Below are positions 36,244 to 46,695 of a stretch of DNA of 64,000 bases, piece after piece. Both the position numbers and the translations under genes were made by a program. The notes beneath the pieces were generated by a model. That model searched no databases. It was not told the DNA's origin and saw nothing but the letters and a program-made list of their open reading frames with translations. The stretch is from Candidatus Enterousia sp. Lineage in GTDB: Bacteria; Pseudomonadota; Alphaproteobacteria; Rs-D84. Where the stretch lies: NCBI GenBank assembly GCA_045114635.1, contig JBGUKY010000017.1:4687-68686 (forward strand), given 5' to 3'. The number at the start of each line of letters is the position of its first letter. Within the stretch, counting starts at the first letter, position 1.

Positions 36244-37605
36244 ATGCCAGCAAAATCAGTTAATGACATAGTCGCACTTTGCAAAAGACGTGGTTTTATT
36301 TTCACAGGTTCTGAAATTTATGGGGGACTTGGTGGGGCTTACGATTACGGTCCATATGGTGTTGAATTGATGCGCAACATCCGCAATGCATGGTGGAACG
36401 CAATGATTTATGCACGTAATGATATCGAAGGATTGGATGCCGCTTTGATTTCAAATCGTTTAATGTGGAAATATTCTGGCCACGAAAGCAGTTTTTCTGA
36501 TCCATTGGTTGAATGTAAGAAATGTGGTGCCCGCATGCGCCAAGATAAAATGAAAGATCCAACAAAATGCGATAACTGTGGCAGCACTGATATCACAGAA
36601 CCACGCGCATATCAATTGATGATGGGCTTATCAATTGGTGCAATGGCAGACGGTGCGATTAACGCATATTTGCGTCCAGAAACCGCAACAACAACTTATG
36701 TTAATTTCAAAAATGTTTTGGATTCAAAACCACATAAATTACCATTTGGAATTGCCCAGATTGGAAAGGCTTTCCGTAATGAAATATCACCACGTGGATT
36801 TGTGTTCCGTATGCGTGAATTTGAACAGGCTGAAATGCAATATTTTGTAAACCCAAGTGAAGATGAAAAATATTTTGAATATTGGAAGGCAACACGTCTT
36901 GCATGGTGGACAAATGTTTTGGGTATTCCATCTGAAAAACTTCGTTTCTTGCCACATGTAAAATTGGCACATTATGCGAAAGCTGCGGTTGACATTGAAT
37001 ATGCTTTCCCAGATGGTTTTGACGAAGTCGAAGGTGTTCATAACCGTCAAGATTTCGACCTTGGATCACATACCAAGGCACAAAACGAATTCAAATTGGC
37101 GGCCCACGTTTTGGAAAACAAAGATTCCACAACAAAACTGTCTTACAGTGATGCACAAACAGGCGAAAACTTTATCCCATATGTAATTGAAACAGCAATG
37201 GGTGTAAATCGTGCTATGTTGGCTGTTATGATAGAAGCGTATGATGAAGAAGACCTTGGCGATGGCAAATCACGTACAGTTTTGAAATTAAAACCTTGGT
37301 TATCACCTGTGAAAGCAGCGGTTATTCCATTGGTTCGCAATGTTCCAGAAATCGTGGATTTATCAAATAAAATTGTTGATGATTTGCGCGGTCTTGCTAT
37401 TGGTAAAATCGAATTAGAAAACTCTGGTAACATTGGTAAAAACTATCGTCGTCATGATGAAATTGGAACACCAATTTGTATAACGGTTGACCATCAAACA
37501 TTGGAAGACGGCACAGTTACAATTCGTTATCGTGATACAATGGAACAAGAACGTATAAAGACAACAGACGTCGCAAAACGTTTATTGGAAATTGTAAAAC
37601 ACTAA
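36244..37605 (+). CDS. glyQS: Glycine--tRNA ligase (dimeric GlyQS type)
   Basis: KRRGFIFTGSEIYGGLGGAYDYGPYGVEL, FRNEISPRGFVFRMREFEQAEMQYF (motif 2), and an anticodon-binding C-terminus. Confidence 0.93.
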   Translation: MPAKSVNDIVALCKRRGFIFTGSEIYGGLGGAYDYGPYGVELMRNIRNAWWNAMIYARNDIEGLDAALISNRLMWKYSGHESSFSDPLVECKKCGARMRQDKMKDPTKCDNCGSTDITEPRAYQLMMGLSIGAMADGAINAYLRPETATTTYVNFKNVLDSKPHKLPFGIAQIGKAFRNEISPRGFVFRMREFEQAEMQYFVNPSEDEKYFEYWKATRLAWWTNVLGIPSEKLRFLPHVKLAHYAKAAVDIEYAFPDGFDEVEGVHNRQDFDLGSHTKAQNEFKLAAHVLENKDSTTKLSYSDAQTGENFIPYVIETAMGVNRAMLAVMIEAYDEEDLGDGKSRTVLKLKPWLSPVKAAVIPLVRNVPEIVDLSNKIVDDLRGLAIGKIELENSGNIGKNYRRHDEIGTPICITVDHQTLEDGTVTIRYRDTMEQERIKTTDVAKRLLEIVKH

Positions 37606-37608
37606 AAT

Positions 37609-37636
37609 AAAAACCGCCAAATTGGCGGTTTTTTTA
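37609..37636. terminator. Bidirectional terminator
   Basis: AAACCGCC-AAATT-GGCGGTTT followed by TTTTT. Confidence 0.6.
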
Positions 37637-38206
37637 AGCGGCATGTTGATATACCATCTGTTGTAATAACATTCGTTGAATATTCTGTTTTGCTATGTCA
37701 AAAGAGTTTATACCTGTCTTTTGTTGTACATTTTGTTTTGGCATATACTTTTGATAAAGGTTATTCAGCACGCCTTTTGTTTCTTTAACGCGCTTTGTTC
37801 CATACGCCATAAAACACTTTGTAAGACGTGGGTTTAGTTTTTCTTCGGAATATTGATTTGTCATTATAGTTTTCGACATATCGCGACGAAATTCTGTATG
37901 CATTTTTACTAATTCTTGATTGATCGGATGATTTTGAATCTTTGTTTTCGATGCAACAAAAGCATCCATTTGACGTAATGCTTTTTGCCACGCCATACCC
38001 AAACTCATACCTTGAGCCCAATTGATAGCAGCCAACGCATAAAACATACCAACATAGTTTTGTTTTATTTTTTTGATTTCTTCTTTGGACAATTTAATTT
38101 GATTTTTTTGCATGCCCATCAACATCATTTGTTTTTGTTGGACTTCTAAAAAATCTGGATTTGAATTTAAGTTCTGTATCATGGCGAACTCCTTTGGTTT
38201 CTGCAC
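37634..38206 (-). CDS. Hypothetical protein
   Basis: ORF. Gln/Met/Lys-rich. No motif recognised. Confidence 0.4.
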   Translation of the reverse strand: MQKPKEFAMIQNLNSNPDFLEVQQKQMMLMGMQKNQIKLSKEEIKKIKQNYVGMFYALAAINWAQGMSLGMAWQKALRQMDAFVASKTKIQNHPINQELVKMHTEFRRDMSKTIMTNQYSEEKLNPRLTKCFMAYGTKRVKETKGVLNNLYQKYMPKQNVQQKTGINSFDIAKQNIQRMLLQQMVYQHAA

Positions 38207-38242
38207 GGTTCACCCCTCTCCAGACAATATATAGGATGCGAT

Positions 38243-38293
38243 TGACATATTTCAAGTGACATGTCAAGGTAATTTATTTTTTGACATATGTCA
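38243..38293. promoter_or_regulatory. Three TGACAT-based palindromic sites in a divergent promoter region
   Basis: TGACATATTTCA (38243), TGACATGTCA (38257) and TGACATATGTCA (38282). The last one abuts TATAAT. Confidence 0.3.
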
Positions 38294-38424
38294 TATAATA
38301 TACAACAATACGTAATGCTATACCGCAAAGCATGCTATTGCCAATAATGGGTGGTATGGGTATGGCGCCAATCTTGCCAATAATGGGGGTTGGTAATTTC
38401 ATCAAATAACAAAGGAGAAAAAGG

Positions 38425-39465
38425 ATGAAAAAATCTTTGAAATATTTGGTGGCTGCAACTGCATCTGTTATTACAACAGCTGGCTTTGCTGCATCGAATT
38501 TAGAAAATCCGCTTTATATGCCAAAAGCTAATGACGTGTATGTAAAAGCTGGCGCAGGTTATATGTACAAACGTACTGATCACACAGCCGCATTAAAAGA
38601 TAAAAATATGGATGGTATGGAAATATCACCTGTATGGCGTTTAGCCGGAGATTTAGGCTATGGTATCACAGACAGACTTGATATCCATGGCCATTTTGGA
38701 TACACCAAAGATCATAAAACAAGCCGCGAAGGTATGCATCGTGGTCGTATTGGTTTGATGTTGCGTGCTTTGACTGAAAAAGATCCTATCATTTTAGATT
38801 TCTATGCTGATGGTTTCTTGTCTATCGTAACCCCAATGAAAGGAACTTATAAACGTTACGGTAATAAAGGGGCGTTTGATTTTGCAAACTATTCAAATGG
38901 TCGTTTTGGTATAATCACCGGAACCCGTTTTGGAAAAACATGGGATAAATTTACATTGGCAGGACATTTCGAATACTTACAAACATTCGGAAATCATAAC
39001 AATGAAATAAATATCGATTCAACAATTCCTATTCCAGGTTATCCTTATACTATGGGCGACGTATTGCCAGGTCAAATTTCTGTTGATTTGAAAGGAACAA
39101 ATGAAATTTGTGCTGGATTTGATACGTTTTACCAGATGGACACAAAATGGTCATTTGGCGCAGGATTTGAATATTATCAACATTCTGACAATGGTGTAGT
39201 TGGTATTCATACAGAATTACCTAAGGTAGCAGCAGGTCTTCAACCATTGCAAGAAGGTGTTGTTAACAAATTGTTAGCAGACACAGCAAATATGGAAGAC
39301 GGTTGGGATGAATATATTATAAAGGCATCTGTAGCAAATCAGATTACAGAAACTGTTCAGGTGGCTTTGTATGGTGAATACACAATCGATGATTCACATC
39401 CTAAATCCCAAAACGGAACTGATGTCAAGGCAGAAGTTGGTGTTCGTTTGAACGCACAATTCTAA
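38425..39465 (+). CDS. Outer-membrane beta-barrel protein
   Basis: Signal peptide ..TAGFA. Alternating amphipathic strands. C-terminal ..VGVRLNAQF. Confidence 0.6.
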   Translation: MKKSLKYLVAATASVITTAGFAASNLENPLYMPKANDVYVKAGAGYMYKRTDHTAALKDKNMDGMEISPVWRLAGDLGYGITDRLDIHGHFGYTKDHKTSREGMHRGRIGLMLRALTEKDPIILDFYADGFLSIVTPMKGTYKRYGNKGAFDFANYSNGRFGIITGTRFGKTWDKFTLAGHFEYLQTFGNHNNEINIDSTIPIPGYPYTMGDVLPGQISVDLKGTNEICAGFDTFYQMDTKWSFGAGFEYYQHSDNGVVGIHTELPKVAAGLQPLQEGVVNKLLADTANMEDGWDEYIIKASVANQITETVQVALYGEYTIDDSHPKSQNGTDVKAEVGVRLNAQF

Positions 39466-39608
39466 AACAATCTGTAAAATAACTTATATTGGACATTTGC
39501 GCCCGAATTTTCGGGTGCATTTTTATTTTATTAAACAAATATTATTTTAAGGCTTTTTTTAAGACCCAATTTATGATATAATATTCACAAAGGAAGTCTG
39601 AAGGAAAG

Positions 39609-40778
39609 ATGAAAAAAACCAAGATTCTTGCGGTTTTGACCGGTATTATGGCAACATGTTCGTTTGGGGCACGTGCCGCCTATCCTGTGTATAATCCACA
39701 ACAATTGGCACGTCAGGGATATGTTATAAACAACTATCCACAACAACAAAATGCCAGGTATTCTCAACAACCACAAATGGTTGGCCGCACAAACATAACA
39801 ACACAGCAACTGGTTGCTGCGTCTGCTGTAAACGGCCGTCCAATGAATGCAAGTGTTGGCGCAACCAACCCCAATCGTATAACAGGCGCTCTGCCACGTG
39901 TTGGTTCTTCCGCGACAAATGCTGGGCGTCAATATTATCAGGCATCTGACTATGATAGATTGGCAGACAGTGGTTTATATATCGGTTTGTCTGCTGGATA
40001 CAGCACTATGTTCAAAGGGCAAATGTCTGCAGATTATTCAGACCAACAAAATTCTTTCTTTGCACCCGGTTCTTTCCGTGCGTCAGACATTAAATCAGAT
40101 AATATTATTCCTTTGGAAATTTCTGTCGGGGCAGCTATTAACAGTGATATTCGTGTAGACTTTTCTTTCTCACGCTATTCTGGAATGTCTTATGCGGATA
40201 ATGTACAAACATCAACTGGTGACGGATATACAGACGCTACCGTATCTGGTGGTGCAATCACCGCAAGCGCAACAATGTTAAATGTTTATTATAACATTGA
40301 TTCATTCACTGGTTATGTTGCTGGCGGATCTTTGCGTCCGTACGTTGGTGCTGGTATTGGTTTATCTTTGAATACAATTGCTGATTATGTTGTATTTGAT
40401 AACAGTTTTTATGATGAAACTGGTGGGCTTGGACCTGGCAGCGTTCCTGCTGGTGGTCTTACCGCAATTTCTGATGTATATGCATACCATAATGGCGGAA
40501 CAATGGAACAATTGGCGTTCCAGCTAGAAGGTGGTGTCACAACAGCTATGAACGATGGCTTGAAACTCGATTTCTTCGTCAGATATGCTAACCTTGGTAA
40601 GGTAAAAACATCTGGTTCTATTGTTGTTTCACAAACAGAATGGTTAAGTGACGGAAGTGGTGCATCTGACGGTGAATATGAAGCGCCATATGACAGTGTA
40701 TTCCATTATACAAACTGGTTTGAAAGCGGAACATTATCAAGTTTAGATGTTGGCGTCAGATTAAGATTGGAATTTTAA
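39609..40778 (+). CDS. Outer-membrane beta-barrel protein (OmpA-beta-barrel/porin-like) with Gln-rich N-terminal linker
   Basis: Signal peptide ..FGARA. YIGLSAGYS strand motif. C-terminal DVGVRLRLEF. Confidence 0.65.
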   Translation: MKKTKILAVLTGIMATCSFGARAAYPVYNPQQLARQGYVINNYPQQQNARYSQQPQMVGRTNITTQQLVAASAVNGRPMNASVGATNPNRITGALPRVGSSATNAGRQYYQASDYDRLADSGLYIGLSAGYSTMFKGQMSADYSDQQNSFFAPGSFRASDIKSDNIIPLEISVGAAINSDIRVDFSFSRYSGMSYADNVQTSTGDGYTDATVSGGAITASATMLNVYYNIDSFTGYVAGGSLRPYVGAGIGLSLNTIADYVVFDNSFYDETGGLGPGSVPAGGLTAISDVYAYHNGGTMEQLAFQLEGGVTTAMNDGLKLDFFVRYANLGKVKTSGSIVVSQTEWLSDGSGASDGEYEAPYDSVFHYTNWFESGTLSSLDVGVRLRLEF

Positions 40779-40783
40779 CATAA

Positions 40784-42496
40784 ATGACAAATAAATTATG
40801 TAAAATATCTTTATTTTCTGCGATTTTGGCAAGCGTTACAACATTGCCAGTTGACGCACGCGTAACCACCCATAATTCAAATCGTTCTTATGCCGAAGCT
40901 TATAATCAAGTTAATGCATTGCGCTATCAACAAGAATATTTAGATGCAACTGCGACAACAGCAACAACAGCATCTGCAACGGCTACTTTACCAGTTATGG
41001 TATCTGATGAAAAATTAGCATCTGCAATATTGAATAATACTTCGGAAACGACTGTTGGTGATTTGGATGCATGTGCAATGATTTATCCAAATGGTGTTTT
41101 CAGATGGCAAACACCAGAATCTGGAATACGTCTTAATCAATACGATCAGTGTGTTGCGGTTGTTTCTTTGATTGATGCAAATACGAACACTGTGTTGGCA
41201 ACAACAACTGTGGCTGCAGGCGACAGTTTTAAATGCAATATTGATAATTTCCCAGAATCTGGAATGAACGCTGTTGCTTTGTCAAATACATTATTACCTG
41301 CGGACAAGGCCCCATCAATGGAAGATGTTGAAGCCGTGATGAATGAAGAACAAAAACAAAACGCAGGCCTTAAAATCGCGGCTGGTGCAATTATCGCGGG
41401 CATAGCCGGAAATATGTTAGCTCCAAAAGAAGCCGGTAATTCAAAAATGTTTGGAACAAGTTCACAACAACTTATTGGAACAGCAGCTGGTGTAGCAACA
41501 GGCGCTGGTGTTATGGCTGCAAGTTCTTATGGTGGTAAAGTAGCCGGAGACACCATCAAATCAACCGCTGTCAATGCAGCATCTGGTATGATTGTTGGTA
41601 ATATGTTGGCTGGTTCACAAAAAGGTGACAGTTACATTGATATAAAAAAATGTAATATAACCGATGCAAAAAATGGCTATAGCGGTGAAAGAGATTGCGT
41701 TGCTGGAAAAATAGAGGAAAAAGGCACAGAACAGTTTACATCCGATACAACAACAAAGTATTTGATTAATGCGTCTGGCGATATAAAAAAATGCGAATAC
41801 GACGGTGAATATAAATGCGATCGTTACCCAGGTGGTTTTGTGGATATTCAACTTAAACTTAAAAGCGGTGGCTCCAAGGCTTATAAGTCTATTTTCGGAC
41901 CATCTTTACAAACTTCTGAATTCGACTCACTGACAAGATATTATAGACCAGATGGTTCTGATTATATTTTTGAACTGTACGACGGCGACCAAAAAGAGAA
42001 CACATATTATGAAATAGAAAGCGCATACGAAGCCAAAAATGCAAAATCTGCATATATTGTTTTCAAATCAAGCGTTAGCAGTTTAAAAGGATATAAAAAA
42101 TCAGAATTTTCCAATTTAATTGCTGGCAAAGAATTTGAATATTTTAATCGCAACAGCAATGGAACAGTTGGATCAATGCTGATTGCAACAAAAGAAGATA
42201 AAGAAGCTGGCAAATATGTATTTACACCATTGTCCAAAGATGCAGATGACGGGGGATTAATTGACATGTCGAACAAAGCCCGTGCCAAAGGGACTGCTAT
42301 CGGGGCTGCTGCAGGTGGTGCAATGGGTGGCTTTGCAGGATACCAGGGCGCACAATCTGAAATCACAGATCGTTGGACAAGTGCAATCCGTGAATATAAT
42401 GATTCGCTTTCTAATTTTGTATGTATGACTGGGACACGTTATTTAAGCAAATACAATGATTATGTTGAAATCCCAGAACCAAGAAAATCTGAATAA
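40784..42496 (+). CDS. Secreted protein with glycine-zipper segments
   Basis: Signal peptide. Several GxxxG-rich segments (IAAGAIIAGIAGNM, AAGVATGAGVMAA, GAAAGGAMGGFAGY). Confidence 0.5.
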   Translation: MTNKLCKISLFSAILASVTTLPVDARVTTHNSNRSYAEAYNQVNALRYQQEYLDATATTATTASATATLPVMVSDEKLASAILNNTSETTVGDLDACAMIYPNGVFRWQTPESGIRLNQYDQCVAVVSLIDANTNTVLATTTVAAGDSFKCNIDNFPESGMNAVALSNTLLPADKAPSMEDVEAVMNEEQKQNAGLKIAAGAIIAGIAGNMLAPKEAGNSKMFGTSSQQLIGTAAGVATGAGVMAASSYGGKVAGDTIKSTAVNAASGMIVGNMLAGSQKGDSYIDIKKCNITDAKNGYSGERDCVAGKIEEKGTEQFTSDTTTKYLINASGDIKKCEYDGEYKCDRYPGGFVDIQLKLKSGGSKAYKSIFGPSLQTSEFDSLTRYYRPDGSDYIFELYDGDQKENTYYEIESAYEAKNAKSAYIVFKSSVSSLKGYKKSEFSNLIAGKEFEYFNRNSNGTVGSMLIATKEDKEAGKYVFTPLSKDADDGGLIDMSNKARAKGTAIGAAAGGAMGGFAGYQGAQSEITDRWTSAIREYNDSLSNFVCMTGTRYLSKYNDYVEIPEPRKSE

Positions 42497-42524
42497 AAAA
42501 CGCCATCATGGCGTTTTTATTTTA
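42495..42524. terminator. Bidirectional terminator
   Basis: AAAACGCC-ATCAT-GGCGTTTT. Confidence 0.6.
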
Positions 42525-43086
42525 CCAACTGTTTTTCCCAAGTAATTATATCTGCTTTACAAGAATTACGTTCAGATATTTTCACACCATATTCTATACA
42601 TTTTTTCTTGTATCCATTTCGAACAGCAGCAATTCTTACACTTCTGTTCGCAACTTGTGTTTTCGCATATAAAGAAGTCAATTTTTTGTCTTTTATACAA
42701 TAATCTTCAATTATTTTTACACTTTCATTGACAGTCTCGACTGGTTTATGGGCATCTGCAATCCACCCCCAAAGTTCAGCATTATTTCTTACATTATCTA
42801 TTTTATCAAGCCCTATCATTCCACTAAATACGTCGTCAGCATAAATAAGGAATTGTTCATCGTATAATTTCTTAAAATTAAATTTATGTGCGATTTCTTT
42901 ACCTTTTGTTTCACACAAATAGAGCATTATAAACAATGCAAATCTAAACTTATTCGGTGTAACTTTTTCATTTGCCCACCAAAACCAAGGTTTTAACCTG
43001 ACACGATTTGCAGATAAAACTCCATAAAATTCATCCAATTTTGGATAAACCGTTGAAAAAGTCATTTTTTGTAATTTGACAGACAT
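42517..43086 (-). CDS. GNAT acetyltransferase, RimJ/RimL-like
   Basis: GMIGLDKIDNVRNNAELWGWI...VANRSVRIAAVRNGY fits the Acetyltransf_3 pattern. Confidence 0.5.
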   Translation of the reverse strand: MSVKLQKMTFSTVYPKLDEFYGVLSANRVRLKPWFWWANEKVTPNKFRFALFIMLYLCETKGKEIAHKFNFKKLYDEQFLIYADDVFSGMIGLDKIDNVRNNAELWGWIADAHKPVETVNESVKIIEDYCIKDKKLTSLYAKTQVANRSVRIAAVRNGYKKKCIEYGVKISERNSCKADIITWEKQLVK

Positions 43087-43137
43087 TATTGCCTCTACTT
43101 ATTATATAACTAAGACACAAAATAACACTTGTCAACA

Positions 43138-44418
43138 TTATTTGTGTTTATATGCTAAAACAAGCGGAACTATTTTATCATGATATTGTGATGGGATTTT
43201 TTCAAAAGGAATTACCAGTGAATTACCCTGACCTGCCGACATTTTAGGCAACTCAGCACCATCTTTGACGTTTATAATCTTATCTAGAACGACAGAAACT
43301 TTTTCTTGGGTATAAGGCAAAACAAAATTGATTGTGTCGCCCTGCTTTATTTCATTACGCAATTCAAAGATTATATTTTTATCGTCAATACTGGTTACAA
43401 CACCTGCAACACAATAATCAGAATTAGAATGCGTTGTTTCATAATCGTGCGCATCCGGTGGCAACGGTCCATCAAAGAACGCTGTTGTATATCCGCGTGT
43501 TTCAAGCAGGTTTAAATCATCCATAAATGGAGTTGGATCAAAATGTTCTGGATCTTTAGCATAGGCATCCAGCGCATTACGATATGCACGTGTCACCATA
43601 CCAACATAATATTCGCTACGGTTGCGCCCTTCGATTTTAAGCGTGTCTGGGCCCGCCTCTACAACTTCTTTTAAACGTGGCATAAGGCACAAATCCTTGC
43701 TGTTCATAATATATGCGCCACGATCATCTTCTTCGATTGGCATTTCAATTCCAGATTCTTTTTCACGCAAAATCACATCATATTTCCAACGACATAACTG
43801 CGCACATGCGCCACGGTTAGAAGGACGTCCGGTAATATAATTAGACAACAAACAACGTCCAGAATAAGACATACACATTGCCCCGTGAATAAATATTTCC
43901 AGGCCTATATCAGGACATTGTTCACGTATAGATTTGAATTCATTATGGGAAACTTCACGCGCTAACACACATTGCACCGCACCCGCATTTTGCCAAAACT
44001 TAACAGTAGCCGCACTACAAATATTCGCCTGGGTTGATATATGAATTGGAATATCAGGATGGTGTTCGCGAACCCACATTAAAACACCCGCATCCGATAT
44101 AATTAACACATCAGGACGCAGATAATTTAAAACTTCGCTTACACGGCCCATATTTTCATAATCGCGATCGTGAGCGAATAAATTGAACGCTAAATAGACT
44201 TTTTTGCCGTGTTCATGTGCAAAATCTATACCCTGCTTTACTTCGTCCACTGTGATTTTAGCACGTGCACGCATTGAAAAACCCGGCAAACCGGCATAAA
44301 TTGCATCTGCGCCATAAAGTATGGCTGTTTTAAAAGCGTCCAAGGTGCCACCTGGCGCCAAAAGTTCCGGTATTTTTGTCATGGTGCTTATTTTATCAAT
44401 GATTTTTACGATTTCCAC
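43138..44418 (-). CDS. Peptidase U32 family protein
   Basis: ELLAPGGTLDAFKTAILYGADAIYAG N-terminus and the central E..IHGAMCMSYSGRCLLS motif. Confidence 0.88.
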   Translation of the reverse strand: MEIVKIIDKISTMTKIPELLAPGGTLDAFKTAILYGADAIYAGLPGFSMRARAKITVDEVKQGIDFAHEHGKKVYLAFNLFAHDRDYENMGRVSEVLNYLRPDVLIISDAGVLMWVREHHPDIPIHISTQANICSAATVKFWQNAGAVQCVLAREVSHNEFKSIREQCPDIGLEIFIHGAMCMSYSGRCLLSNYITGRPSNRGACAQLCRWKYDVILREKESGIEMPIEEDDRGAYIMNSKDLCLMPRLKEVVEAGPDTLKIEGRNRSEYYVGMVTRAYRNALDAYAKDPEHFDPTPFMDDLNLLETRGYTTAFFDGPLPPDAHDYETTHSNSDYCVAGVVTSIDDKNIIFELRNEIKQGDTINFVLPYTQEKVSVVLDKIINVKDGAELPKMSAGQGNSLVIPFEKIPSQYHDKIVPLVLAYKHK

Positions 44419-44469
44419 ATCAAAATTAAAAAGATTGACAATTTGTATATTTGTGTCACAATCTCGATC

Positions 44470-44838
44470 ATGAACAAAGAATTCAAAAGAAATCTTTTAA
44501 ACGCGATAAAAAACAATATTGTTCGGGTTACCTATTTATCCGGATCTCATTACACATATACATTATTCGGCAAAAACAACAAAGAGTTAATGGTTATTGA
44601 CTGTCATGATGGAAACTTGCCACGCATAAGTATTTATGTAAACGGCGAAAATGTCGCACACATCAACCATTTCGCAAGAACAAAAAAACAATTCCAAGAC
44701 AATTATGATGTTTCAATGATTGCGAACAGAATGTTCTTGAAAAATGCCGAACAACATGGTCTGGTCAGAACAACTATGAATAAACAACAGTTTTTATTGT
44801 CACTGTTTTTGAAAAATAACACTACAAAAAGAAAATAA
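44470..44838 (+). CDS. Hypothetical protein
   Basis: ORF. ATG at 44470 (MNKEFKRN) preferred. Confidence 0.4.
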   Translation: MNKEFKRNLLNAIKNNIVRVTYLSGSHYTYTLFGKNNKELMVIDCHDGNLPRISIYVNGENVAHINHFARTKKQFQDNYDVSMIANRMFLKNAEQHGLVRTTMNKQQFLLSLFLKNNTTKRK

Positions 44839-44841
44839 ACA

Positions 44842-45441
44842 ATGATGGATAAAGAACAAGAAAAATTTACTTTATTATTCAGCAGTGTATTAGCAAACTC
44901 TTGTATTAAATATACAAGTGAAAGAAATGGTGATGCATACGTTGTGTACGATGACAATGGCGTCTTGTTTACTATTATCTTTGATAAAGATAAACATGCT
45001 TACATTTTTGAAGCCACCAATTTACTTAAATCTCTGTATACAAAATATGGATTAACACCTGAATCCAAACCAAATCCAAGCATGGTTTATGAAACAGTAG
45101 CCTTTGCTTATAAAACATATGATATGATCAAGTATGCAAAACAAGACATTTCATTCATTTATAACAAAAGCCTTATTGATTCAGACATAATCTTTCAAAT
45201 GCGTGGCAATTTCGAAACATACGTTGTTATGAACGCCGGAATCACAAGTTATGCCATAGGATATGATAAAAAAACCGGAAAATATGGCTTTAAACGATAT
45301 GAATTGGTAAAAACCCTTTATAAAATTTGTGGTATCTCGGAAGAAAAAAAGCCAAATTATGCGTCTTTGTACCAACGCGCCAAAGATTATTATTTGGCCC
45401 AGGTTGCTGTGGAAAATATTAAACATCTGTATGATTTCTAA
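44842..45441 (+). CDS. Hypothetical protein with internal two-fold duplication
   Basis: YVVYDDNG..FDKDKHAYIF..LLKSLYTKYGLTPESKPN is repeated as YVVMNAG..YDKKTGKYGF..LVKTLYKICGISEEKKPN. Confidence 0.45.
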   Translation: MMDKEQEKFTLLFSSVLANSCIKYTSERNGDAYVVYDDNGVLFTIIFDKDKHAYIFEATNLLKSLYTKYGLTPESKPNPSMVYETVAFAYKTYDMIKYAKQDISFIYNKSLIDSDIIFQMRGNFETYVVMNAGITSYAIGYDKKTGKYGFKRYELVKTLYKICGISEEKKPNYASLYQRAKDYYLAQVAVENIKHLYDF

Positions 45442-45501
45442 ATAATTTTTATATTTTTTGCTTGCAAAACCTTTTATTTAACTATAATATATGCGTTGCC
45501 T

Positions 45502-45577
45502 GCCGGTTTAGCTCAGTTGGTAGAGCATCTGATTTGTAATCAGAGGGTCGTTGGTTCAAGTCCGACAACCGGCACCA
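45502..45577 (+). tRNA. tRNA-Thr(UGU), encoded CCA
   Basis: Acceptor GCCGGTT/AACCGGC, anticodon loop TTTGTAA, T-loop TTCAAGT. Confidence 0.9.
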
Positions 45578-45585
45578 GAAATAAA

Positions 45586-45612
45586 AACGCACCAAACGGT
45601 GCGCTTTTTTAT
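45586..45612. terminator. Bidirectional terminator
   Basis: CGCACC-AAAC-GGTGCG followed by TTTTTT. Confidence 0.6.
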
Positions 45613-46637
45613 TTCTGACGTTTTATCCTTTCCAGAACAAACATATTTTGCTTCATACCTATTTGACTTTCACGTGTTTGAATCAAAGATTTTTCAGCGA
45701 TTGTATTTTGGAATTTTAATACATCAGATTCTAATTCTGGCCACATTGATGGTTTCATTTTTAAATTGGCTAACGATTCTGGTTGCAAATACCTTATATT
45801 ATTAATGTTACCCTTTTGAAAGAAAACCCCACCAGTTCCATTATCAGGATTATAACTGTGTTCTGTTAGATATCGCCATGCCGAACTATTATCTTTGGAG
45901 GATGCAATTTCGTGATACATTGGCTGATAGAAAGTGACGGATTCAGAATGAGGTATAAAACCTTTGACAACAGGATTTATAATTTTCTGATTTCCCAATT
46001 CAATCTCCGCACAAAAACGCCCTGTATCTTCGTCAAAAATTTCTGGTTTGCGTATAACTGGGAAACCCAAATGTTGTGATACCAGGCCATTTGTCGAAGC
46101 ATTCATAAAATAATAGTCGTTTATAACCATTGTAAATGCACTTGGGCAATAATTAAACCATGTGCTATTTGTCCCCAAAAACAAAATCCCTTTGTTTTCT
46201 TTATCAGACAAATTTAATTTACGAATATTCAACATTCTGTCACTTGTACCAACACGAGAATTGATAAAAAAATGAGGTTGAACGGCAGCTTTTAATTTTG
46301 GATCATAATACATCCACGATAACCATAAACCAACACGTACTTTATCGAACCAATCCATCAAAACACTTGCTTCTGTACCAGAAATTTTACCGCCAGCTAA
46401 TACTTTTTCCATTACCGCTTTGGCTGCTATTTCCAACGCAGAATAATCAGAATTACATTTTTCACATGCTGGAAAAGTAAAATTCATAAAAGCCATATGT
46501 TTTGCGTCTTCAGGAAATTCTGTGAAAACATCTTTTTTTTCACGGCCCGTCATATGAATTAGCCATTGAGGAATAACATGTTCCCTATTTTTTTTCTGGG
46601 GTTTTCCACCACAAAATATACAAAATTTTTCAGACAT
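45609..46637 (-). CDS. HNH-endonuclease-like protein with large uncharacterised C-terminal domain
   Basis: CIFCGG..NREHVIPQWL...ACEKCNSDYS follows the HNH zinc-finger layout (CxxC..EHxxP..CxxCN). ATG at 46637 preferred. Confidence 0.5.
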   Translation of the reverse strand: MSEKFCIFCGGKPQKKNREHVIPQWLIHMTGREKKDVFTEFPEDAKHMAFMNFTFPACEKCNSDYSALEIAAKAVMEKVLAGGKISGTEASVLMDWFDKVRVGLWLSWMYYDPKLKAAVQPHFFINSRVGTSDRMLNIRKLNLSDKENKGILFLGTNSTWFNYCPSAFTMVINDYYFMNASTNGLVSQHLGFPVIRKPEIFDEDTGRFCAEIELGNQKIINPVVKGFIPHSESVTFYQPMYHEIASSKDNSSAWRYLTEHSYNPDNGTGGVFFQKGNINNIRYLQPESLANLKMKPSMWPELESDVLKFQNTIAEKSLIQTRESQIGMKQNMFVLERIKRQK

Positions 46638-46695
46638 ATATATATATTTCCTGTTTTTGTACAAGAAACATAATACAAAAAATATATTTTGTCAA

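Noticed and set aside
45551-45805. 84-aa plus-strand ORF starting inside tRNA-Thr
   Set aside because: It overlaps the tRNA, the terminator and the 3' end of the minus-strand HNH-like gene, so it is spurious.
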